From the human T2T-CHM13v2.0 reference genome, Homo sapiens: a stretch of DNA of 64,000 nucleotides. Shown here piece after piece: positions 53,967-64,000 of the stretch. How positions within the stretch are numbered: the first letter of the stretch is position 1; each line of letters starts with the position of its first letter. Location of the stretch: NCBI RefSeq assembly GCF_009914755.1, contig NC_060946.1; one strand, 5' to 3'. The notes under the pieces were generated by a model that made no database searches, had not been told where the DNA came from, and saw only the letters and a list, made by a program, of their open reading frames with translations. The translations under genes were made by a program, and so were the position numbers.

Positions 53967-55599
53967 AGAGAGAATGTGGGATAGCAAAGCAAACTGATGA
54001 TGAGTGTGACCCAAAGCTCATGCACCTTTGCATGTGGCAGCCAATCTATCCTTTGTTTGCTTAAATATTTTGAGTTGAGTTTCTGTCCTTTGCAACCAAA
54101 AGAGTACTAATGAATATATCTAGGCTACATAGCACCTAGCACTGTGCTAAAACGTAGTAGTGACAATATAAAGTAAATATTGTTATTAATTATTTAGTTG
54201 ATAACTATTTGTGTGCCTCGCATAACATAATGCTGATTGTGAAGTGATGAGAACAGCCATAACATACTAGAAGGCTCAGATTCCAGTCTGACCTCATCAC
54301 CTACATGTGATCTTGGCTAAGTTACTAATCCTGTCTGAGCTTGTTTCCCTTATCTGTAAGAAGATAGAATTGGAACAGATCAGTCATTGCAAATTGGTGG
54401 TCAGGGAATGGATCCAGACCTTCTTTTGGTGTTTCATTTAGCCCTCACAGTATTTTACAATACATAAAATGTCATGAGAAAATTCAGATGTCCAACTTCT
54501 TTAGGAAAATTGGGAGGTCAGCAACATTGGGCCCCTATTACCACATGGCAATGACAAACAGGTTTTAGAAGGGGCATGTACTCTCTGAGCCACCCGAGAC
54601 CCCACCTCCCTCTTCCCCTTATTTTATGCTTGCCTGCCTCACTCAGCCCACAACCTGCTGACTGCAAAAGCATTTGAGTTTGTGTTTTTGAGGCCATGTT
54701 CTTTCACCTCTGATATTTTCTGAGATGGCAGAACACACCCTTCATGAACAGGAGACCAAAAGGCAAGAGGGTCAAGGGAGACAGATTGAGCCCAAGAGGG
54801 AAAACAGCCACCCAGGAAAGCAATCTGTTATTCTAACCTCTGCAGGGCCACTGGCAGGTCCTCAGGCCTGAGACACAGCAGCAGTCAGGGGGTAGAGAGA
54901 CAAACAAGCCAAGATTGTCTTTCTTTGCTTTTCAGCCAGACAAAGAAAATCCCTCTCTGCGTAAAGCCTCCTCCGCAGGCTTTGATGTCTCTCTTCCCAG
55001 CAGAGGCGCCACTTCAGACAAGAGAGGCAGGCAGGGGCAGAGAGCTGAGAACAAAGCGGCGTTTCCTGGGCTGCTAATTATTCTCCTTCTGTGTAAATAA
55101 TTATCTGGAAGAGAAAAAAACAGTCCACAGCTAAAGAGCTAGAAAAGCAAAAGGAGGATGAAAGGAGGCTGGGGATTTGATGTGTCCCCGGGAGCAGTCC
55201 TTGAAGGGGAAGGGAGTCACAGCAAAATCCTTCTTACTTCCTGTGTTTTAAACACCTAGTCTGGGACTTTCAAAGCCCCTGGCACTGGTGCTGTAATTAA
55301 ATCGTGGTTTGGGAAGCCAGCGTGCGGGTGATCTGACAGTTTCTGTCTCTGGATCCTGTTGGACTCTGCTGGAATAGAGACAGGAAGTCTTAGAAATTAA
55401 GGCTCTGGAGTCAATTGGGCCCCAGTTTGAACCTGGGTCTACTGCTTATTAGAAACAGGATCGGGGACAAGTTCCTTATTATAAATAAGATGGGGGACAA
55501 GTTCCTTCTTCCCACCTAGGGCCCGTGCAAAAGCAGTGTCTTCTACTTGGAAGACTTCCCCATCTCTCCAAATCTGTGTGCAGTTGATACTTACACATC

Positions 55600-56075
55600 T
55601 ACAGTGAACGCTGCTGGTGCCCTGCCACAGCCCCTTGCACTTACCATTTCTGTGCATGCCCACCCAACTATCAACTGCCAGCAGCCCTTTCCAGCACCCT
55701 TGGAATGTTTCTCCTGGGCACTTGAACCCTGGCTGCTCTTGCACAAAGCACACCAGGATTAATGCTCTCTGGAAGCATCCCTTAACCAGTGACCGATGAG
55801 AATTAGGAGAGAACAACTCTGACCCTCTCATCCCTTAAGTGACGGGAGTTGGAGGCTGCAGTATGCTCTACAGAGCCTCCCAGATTTTCCAGATGGGAAC
55901 TCTAGTTCCCTAGAATGGTTCCTGGCTGGATAATGCACCTTCTATTGGTTCTTTCCTATCCCTGTCTCATCTCTTCTCTCCTCTACAAGTGCTTCCCTGG
56001 ATCATCTCCTGAATCAGCTACTTTTATTCAAATCTTTGTTTCAGGGTCAGATTCTGGAGAACTCAAACTAAGGCA
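55600..56075 (+). mobile_element. LTR16-like ERVL LTR
   Basis: tgctggtgccctgccaca ... caaatctttgtttcagggtcagattctggagaactcaaactaaggca. Confidence 0.7.
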
Positions 56076-57733
56076 GCAGCCTTCAACTCTCAGCTCAAAT
56101 GTCATTTCCTGGGGGAAGAACTCCATCAACATCTTGGACCCAATCAGGAGTTTGAGTTAAATCGGAGTGATGCCCCCTCTATATTTTGCTCACAGCACTC
56201 ATGCATTTGTAATTTTATTTTTATGCATCTCTTTATTTTATTAATATCTGTCTCCTCCAGCCAAATATAAACTTCAAGAGGAGTGTGCCCGTTTTATTTA
56301 TTGCATTGTCAGATCCTGGTATAGAGCCTAACACATAAGAAGTGCTCAATAAAAACCTGGTGAGCCTGTTTCCTCTTATGTAACATAGAGACCCAAAACA
56401 ATTTCTATTGCATGGGGAAGGATGTGTGGATTAAATAGTTCATAATCTATACAAAGTGATTAACTTATAAATTGATACAGTGTCTGGAACACAGGGAGTA
56501 TTCAAAAAGCTAACATTCTCTGCAACCTTAACTGTTTCCTCCTGTCTTACCCACCACCGGTATCACATACAAAATTTAATTGTTCCTAAAATACTGTGAG
56601 CTTGGAATGAGTATCCTTGGGTCACAAATGAAGAGAATAAGCCTCAGAAAAGTGAAGTAACTTGTCTAGAGTCACACAGCATTCCAAGGGAATGGCCAAG
56701 ATTCCAAACTGGCTCGTTCTGACCCCAAATTCTCCCCACTTCAGGCTCATCTGAGCCTGGATTGAAGGCAGAAGGGGGTGGTGTCAGGGAGGCCCATTAG
56801 TAGTTGAATCAGTTTTGGAGAGAAACAAAGGGTTGAACCATAGAAGACTCAAATGGTCAGAGAAGCAGGTTGGGGAGAGGAGGCAAACATTCCCAGTGTC
56901 AGAGAAGTTTGGTGAGTCTTCGTCATTTTTGCCCTAGGGGCACAGGGACATTTGAGTTTCTCCCTTGAGGCATGGGAAAGACGGGTAAGTGGGTATTGGA
57001 GCCGCTGGGCCTGGCAGAGGAAATAAGCTGAGTCACAGGACTTACTCCACTCCTATCACCTCATCTCTGCCTGACATTGGGGCCATTCATCAGCAGGACA
57101 TTCAAAGACAAACAGGAAGGGCATTTAGAAGAAAGAATGAGAATCAGGACACCTCCAATTACCCAGCCATTTACAAAGATTCTTTGCAACCAGGGGCTTG
57201 TCTACCTGGTGGGCAGAGGAAGAAAACTTTGCATTTGGCTGTTTGGATACTCCCAAGTAACACATCCAGGTAAGCACGACATATTATCGTCTTATCTGTG
57301 AACTGAGGGAGCCGGATCCCAACGAGCTGTTCCGGAGTCTCTAATCAGCACCAGATAACCAGAGCTCCTAGCTTTGTGAGGGTCGGGAGGATTTCCTCCC
57401 CTCTTACAAGATCAAAAGACAGAAGATATTCAATATTCAGCCCAATATTGCATTGCTGTCAATTTTGGATGGCATAGGCGTTGTGCTGTGGATGTTCCAA
57501 GCCCCAGTTGCATGGGGCTCTTCCAGATATCTCTAATAAGCCTCTGTGGTCCCCATCCATCAACGGCAATAGGAGAAGGTGACAGGATAGACCTCAAGGG
57601 GAATTGTGGGCTGAGCAGCAAGAGTTATTGATGAAGGTGCAGAATTAGCACAGGCCCCAGATGAGCCTGGAGGTGAAGATGAAGCCAGTTTATTTTTTCT
57701 GTGTTGGGTAAGGCAAAAGCAGGTTTGTGGGGA

Positions 57734-58340
57734 TAGGGTTGCTAACCTTAACCTTAATCCTAACCCCAGTTAAATTTGAATTTTAGATTTAAAAAGCCAA
57801 AAAAATAATTTTTAGCACAAGTATGCTCCGTGCCATATTTGGTTTGGATATTCGACCCCTCCAAACCTCATGTTGAAATCTGATCCCCAGTGTTGGAGGT
57901 GTTTAGGTCACAGGGGCTGATCTCTCATGAACAGATTAACAACTTCTGGGGGAGTGGGGTATGTAAGTGTGAGCTGTCGCTCGTTATTTCCTGCAAGAGC
58001 TGGTTGTTTAAAAGAGCCTAACACATCCCCCCTCTCTTTCTTTTTCCTCCTCTCTCACCATGGGATTGCTGTTCAAGCAGGATCCCCTTTATCTTCTGCC
58101 ATGAGTGGAAGCAGCTTGAGGCCCTTACCAGAGGCAGATGCCAGTGCCATGCTTTTTGTACAGCCTGCAGAGCCAGGAGCCAAATAAATCTCTTTCCTTT
58201 ATAAATTACCCAGCCTTAGGTATTGCTTTATGGCAACACAAACAGACTAAGACACTTATACTAAAATATTATTCATTGCTTGTCTGAAATTCAAATTTAT
58301 CTGGACATCTTATTTTTATTTGCTAAATCTGGCAACCCTA
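57734..58340. mobile_element. MER53 hAT element split by an MSTB-like LTR (57831-58254, +)
   Basis: TIRs tagggttg ... atctggcaacccta; inverted arms cccagttaaatttgaattt / gaaattcaaatttatctgg; LTR ends acagactaagaca. Confidence 0.85.
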
Positions 58341-59834
58341 GCTGGGGCTTGGTGGAAATTTAACGTAGGGGCTGAAGACCTGTGGCCTGCAGGTGGGAAT
58401 GTTTTAGTTTGACCAGCACAGCGCTTAAAAATAAGAACATTTCACATAAAATTCAGACTTCCACCTTCCCTTGATATCTAGTCACACTTCCCCCTTTTTG
58501 CTAGCAGTTCATTCCCATCTCCACCCCTACTGACCCACATGGCCAGTAAATAAAGAGATGCATAAAAATAAATGCTCATTTATTGTTACCTGCTAGGCCT
58601 ATGAATCATTTGAGTTTTAGACCCATTGGCTTGCCTCGGGGTACACAGGGAGAGACCCTGGTTTACTCACGGCAATGACAAACCCTCCAGATCAAGAGTC
58701 ATTGTGTGGAGACCCCGTTTCATCATGTTGTAGCTCTAGTCTCCCTCTAGGTGGTTCTTTACTTTCCCATCTGTAAAAATGGAGATAGATTTTGCCCTCC
58801 CTCATTCTGGAATGTGATGAAGAGGAATGCAGATAAGAGCATAAAAGTTCTCTGATAAAGTGATCTTGATAATGGCTTTCTCCAGATGTCCATTCATGAG
58901 GCTTCCACCCTGTAGTCAGCATAATCTATCCAAAATATGCATCTTTCCATGCTTGCTTGCAAAATAAAATCCAAACTCCCTCAAGTGGCATGCAAGTTTC
59001 AGTGGTTTGGCTTACCCCATCTCATCTCCAAAACTGTCTACCCCAACTGCTTCCAGGCAGCACCTCAGATGCTGAATTTCTCAGTTGCTCAAACTCATTC
59101 TGCACCCTCACACTCCTGGGCCTTTGGGTATGATACTCTCTGCACATAGAATATGCTCCCTGCCCATCTTAGTGATTGCAATTTCAGTGCCATCCCTTCC
59201 CATTTTACATTTTGTTAGGATATAGCTGTCCCTGATACATATCCCACAATACTCTTCTTCTCCAGCAAAGACATTTCTCCTGCAGGTTCCAGCTAGGGTC
59301 TAAATGTCAAAAAACAACTTTAGCTCATTTGAATCAGAACAAGGAGTTATTGGAAGAAACCACCAGGCTTCTGAAAGGGCATGGACCAGTCAAGCTTTAG
59401 GGACCATAAAAGCAGGAGTTGGCAAATGGTCTCTCTACGACATTGCCATGGGTGACACAGTCTCAACTACTTTCTGTCCCTTGGTGGCCAATAGAATGTC
59501 ATTGGCCAGGCTTGGCTTATATGCAAGTGTCCATGGTCATCTGCGATTGACAGTCTTAGCAGAGAATTTCTTGGGTGGATGGTGGTGCAGTTCTCCAAAG
59601 AGAAGGAGGGGATACTGTTATCCCAGAAACAGGGAAAGGGCACAGGTAGAAAAAACCAACAGGTTTCCTGTCCTGCACAGTCTTATATTGTCACTGCTTT
59701 GGTTTTTTTCTTTGTTCTTCCAAAGATTGCCCATTTCTTGAGTTCAGAACTTTCTGTTCTCTACATCTAGCCTTGTGGTCCCAGAAACTGAATAGAAGCT
59801 TCAAAAAGATTTGTAGAATGAGCAAAAGTGTTCC

Positions 59835-60380
59835 GAAAGGGAGTCTTTGCAGAAAAGAATTAAAACAGCAAGGCTGAGGATGTAATCTTTTAAAGGCCTG
59901 TTTGCAAGTTGCTCCTTAGCTGGCATCTGGGAACTTGGCTTTTAAAATGTCTCCTCCATTCCCTAACTGATAAGGTTGATTCTTTGTGCCTTGACTGTTT
60001 ATAGAAACAATGTAATTTATGGTGAACACCTGCTTTCTTTCTGAGAGTCTGGAATTTTGGTTGTTGCTAGACAGAAAAATCGATATGAGCAGCCCCTAAA
60101 AACCACTCTAAACTCTAAATCTCAAACTGGCTACACTGGGCATTATAAATATTACAAATGAATTCCTGCATTATTGCTACTGGAAACAGTGTTCTGTGTG
60201 ATCTTCCATAGGAGGAACAGAACATAGGAAGCCTGCACATGGCTTCCAGACCCTTATCTGTGTCTTTTCCTTTACTGGGTTGATTGTGAATCCTTATAGT
60301 GTTGCCTTAGCCATGAGTACAACTGCATGCTAAGTCCTGTGAGTGCTTCTAGTAAATCAGTGGATGGTCTTGAGAACCAC
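59835..60380 (+). mobile_element. MER21-like LTR
   Basis: aaaggcctgtttgcaag..gctggcatctgggaacttgg..ccctaactgataagg..gagtctggaattttgg..catgagtacaactgcatgctaagtcctgtgag. Confidence 0.75.
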
Positions 60381-62209
60381 ACCCCCCGCCAACCCAAGCA
60401 GGACCAAATCTTTAAAGCACAGTCTACGATTTCCAAGGCACTTTACAATATTATTGCATTGATCTTCTTAACCACCCCCCCTCCATTGAGAGACATCCTG
60501 TTCTCATTTTAGGGATTAGAACACTAAGGCTCAGAGAGGTGAAGTGGTTTAGTCAAGGATGCAAAGCTGGTAAATGGAAGGATGGGTTATGAACCTAGGC
60601 TGTCCCATTTCAATGTCACACTATGGTAGCTTCCATTATAGAGAGGAGAGACTGTCCCTGTCATGATAACCCTTTAGTGTCCAAGACAACTTCGCTCTGT
60701 GAGCTTAGAAATCTGGAGTGTTCTTTTAGGAACAGTCAGTGGAATGAGTCAGTGACTTCTTTTTTGTCAGTAGCAGAGCTGATATTGGCACCTATGCCCA
60801 TTATTTGACTCTGGGGCCCCTAAGTTCAAAAACATTACACTATTTTGACCATGTGACCTCTGATATCTTACTCATTTTCTCCAAGCATTCATCACTTCAT
60901 TTGTAAAAAGGAATTAAGAACTATCTAATTGATTATGAAAAGAACACAACCCTCCCCTATGAAGCACCTAGTAGTGAGCCACCAAATGTTGGTTCCCTTC
61001 TCTTTCACTCCACCCCTTATTCACTGTGTGGGCCTGTGTGAGTCCTACCATTACCTCCATCTGTTTCCCCATCTGTAAAATGAGGGGGATGATTTTGACG
61101 CTCCCAGAGTCCTTCTGGGGCTGGCATCGTATATCAAAGAACAAGCGTTTTTCTGGTGAAGTCTTTTAAAATCCTGCCAGCTCTGATCATGAGAGGCAGA
61201 TCAAACCCACCTTCTGCCCACTTAAGAAAAAGGCTGTGTGTAAGTTGCACAAAGGTGGTGAGGCAAAAACATGCTCCAGCCTTTCCCAGACACTGATCCA
61301 GAGAAAGACATGTCAGAGTGTTGAAAAGTTCTTTGTTTAACTAAGGCACAGGCAGAGGGAAAAGGAACAGTAGAGAATTTATAGATGGGGCTGTATCTTC
61401 TATATCCAGGGTTATCAATCTAAATCATTATAGAGTTCAGTGGATAATTTTTATAGAGCTTTGCGGAGAACAGTACAAAGACCAGGTCAATAGGGAGTGG
61501 TGGGGACTGTGGAAAACTACAGGACCTATGCTAGCCTTGGAGAGAGCATCCCAGCTCCAACTGATTGCTGCCAAGTGGGAATGCAAGCATGGTGTTGCCA
61601 GACTATCTCTTTCTCTCTTCATGTTTAAGAAGTCAGAGTTTTGAAGTACGCTATCTCAATTTGTAAGTGTTGCCTTGAGTTTTCTTCTCAAAGATCTTTG
61701 TGGGTCCAATATAACTCTTTGCATTTCCAATCTTGCCTATAGGCTATTTGTTTGCAATCTCAGAGCTACCAGGGCTTATTTGCAGCATCTTTGTCATTGA
61801 ATCCTGAAGAATTTGTGACCAGAGGTTACCTTCACATCCTCCAAGATGGCCAGCTTCAGACATGGGAGAATGATTTTCTGGAAGAGCCAGCATCATTTAA
61901 CTTTAAGCTATTCTTAAAGTTTACTGCTGTAAAGCTTACCTCTTTAGCAACTCCTCCTTGCCCCAGGACAAAGTTCTGACTTATTATTTCCTGGCGTGGA
62001 TTTTACCTTTGATTACCCCTATATCTTTGTTCAGGTGCATCTCTCATCAATATAAAATCTTATGGGAAACCTCCTAGTTGGCCTTCAAAATGCAGCTCTC
62101 ATGTTTATTCCTCTGTGAAACTTTTACTAATCATCACCCTCCTCTCCTGAGGTTTAGCTTCCTGCCTCACCTCTGTGTATCAACCACACCACTCTCTATG
62201 TTCATATCA

Positions 62210-62720
62210 TGCATTAGTCAGGGTCCCAATTGAGAACAAATGCCACACTCAAACTAGACACCATAAGGAGACTTTAATTAAGAGACTGTTTACAATGGAG
62301 TGTGCATTACAATGGGCAGGGTTAAAGGAAACTGACAAAGCATAGTACAGCACCTGGGACCAGCAATACTGGAGAGCTGTTACTACCTCTAGTCCTGAAG
62401 CTGCAAAGGGAGGAAGAGCAATTATAACATTCACAGAGGCTAGAAGTATAGACAAGATTCCCTGGCAGGAGCCTTGAAAAAGGGACACACCCACACTGTA
62501 GTGACCTGTCAAGGAGGGAGCCAAGAGAATAAAATCTCAACCTCACTTCTCTCTGACTCTCCAGTATCTTGCTGCTGCCTTTCATTGGCTGGAAACAACA
62601 GGCAGCAAAAAGACAAGGAAGTCTGCTGACATGGTCCATATGGATCAGGGTCTGGAGGCCAGAGCAGGGTGGAAAAGGGTAAAAAGGCAAACAAAAGAAG
62701 CCCAATATCCACCATTCTCT
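62210..62720 (-). mobile_element. LTR41/LTR33-like ERVL LTR
   Basis: tgcattagtcagggtccc..aaatgccacactcaaact..gagactgtttacaa..gagctgttactacctctag. Confidence 0.6.
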
Positions 62721-63169
62721 GCATAGGTCTCTGTTATGGCACTTGCTGTTTAGTGCCAGGTCCCCTAGAGGCTGGGAAATGCTGGTGAACAGAGAATTAG
62801 TTTGTTTATATCTGCACCCTCAAAATCTGGCATATAGTATGTGATCGATAAATGGTTATAAGAATTACCAGGTACATCATACAGCACCTGGTAAAATAGA
62901 AAGATTAGGGATTCTTTTTAGATTATCCACAGGCATGAAGCAATCATGAACTTCTTCCTTTCATGCAATATTTTATCAGCACCACTGTGTGAGGTATTAT
63001 TCCTGCCATCCAGGAGCTCTTTATCTCAAACTAGAAACTCCTAGAGCAAGGAAAGCAGTTATGCATCCTCTATTTCACATTTCCCCAGTGTGGATACTGT
63101 AGGTCACTGGTTTGATGTGATGCTCAGAGATGTCACATCAGAGTCCATTGTCAAGTGTAAAGTCTGTAG

Positions 63170-63350
63170 ATTAAGCAAATGTCTTCTCTACAGAACTTGT
63201 CAGAGCCTTTAATGTGCCAAAGCATCATACGAAGCACCTAAAGGGGGCCACAGTAAGCAGCCTTTCCTAAATTTATTTTGTCATAAAATTATTTCCCCCC
63301 GAGCATCTTGTAAATCAGTAAGTTGGAATATGCTTTGGAAAATACTGCCC
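63170..63350. mobile_element. MER103-like hAT-Charlie fragment (related copy at ~50180-50360)
   Basis: Shared motif ca(g)gacttctcagagccttta / cagaacttgtcagagcctttaat, plus ttcctaaatttatttt. Confidence 0.55.
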
Positions 63351-63944
63351 TTCTTTAACCAGTTCATTTTACAGATGAGAAAACTAAAGCTCCAAAGTAG
63401 TTATCACCAATCAATCTGGCAGGGAGCACAATTTGCATACAGAACCAAATGTCGAAGTTGCTTTCATTGAGTAGCCACTCATTGCCTTTGATTCTTTCTC
63501 CAAACTATTATCAATTCTTTCTCAATGGATACCTCTCCCAAACCTTGACTAGGAATGAACAGGAAGTAGCCAATGGCTCTTTTCCTGCTAAACCCTCATG
63601 GGCCCCTGTGTGACAGGTGTGACCCATTGTGAGATGTTGTCACCATGATGACACAGAAGCTTGTTGGGTCATATATGGAGAGAAGATGACACTGAGTGTG
63701 GGTGGGATGATGGTAGTTGAGTACTGCTCTCCTCTGTGGTGACAATTCACTTCGTCTCCTGAAAAAGTCCCATGCCATCAGCACTGGGCAGGGAAATTCC
63801 ACTCTCAACAGGGTAGCCAGAATGATTGTTTGAAACAAGAAGTCTGATGATAGCTCTCCAATGCTGAAAACTCTAGCAACTCCTTGTTGCCCCAGGACAA
63901 AGTTCTGGTTTATTATTTCCTAGTATAAATTTTACCTTTGATTT

Positions 63945-64000
63945 TTCTTTGAGATGGGGTCTCCCTCTGTTGCCCAGGCTGGAGCGCAGTGGCACAATCT
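63945..64000 (-). mobile_element. Alu (truncated by window edge)
   Basis: tttgagatggggtctccctctgttgcccaggctggagcgcagtggc. Confidence 0.9.

Noticed and set aside
54995-55012. CTCF site call (also partial matches near 11925, 13035 and 51775)
   Set aside because: Each deviates from the core CCASYAGRKGGCR at key positions; not supportable without ChIP data.

Overview
Primate, almost certainly human, genomic DNA. It holds the 3' end of the unconventional myosin gene MYO18B on the + strand, followed by about 45 kb of repeat-rich intergenic sequence (from memory chr22q12.1, towards SEZ6L). The only credible coding sequence is one 1,246-nt exon (14706-15951). It encodes the last ~410 aa, a Ser/Pro/Arg-rich tail ending DDDVASIMKKYLQK*. 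The stop lies 12 nt before a 3'-UTR intron, and a non-coding terminal exon starts at 18705 with two AATAAA signals. The rest is intron or intergenic DNA: Alus, L1s (two with twin-priming inversions), L2/MIR, MaLR/ERVL/ERV1 solo LTRs, hAT MERs and microsatellites. The other ORFs in the track are explained by repeats or chance. There are no prokaryotic genes, CRISPR arrays or RNA genes, and I cannot support a new multi-gene system. The best leads are small-scale: a 20-bp minisatellite of phased NBRE (AAAGGTCA) sites, a 4x60-bp array of L2 termini, a telomere-like patch inside MER53, NMD and alternative-polyadenylation architecture at the MYO18B 3' end, and a 70-bp dispersed duplication. Repeat names and boundaries were assigned by eye from remembered consensus sequences and are approximate.
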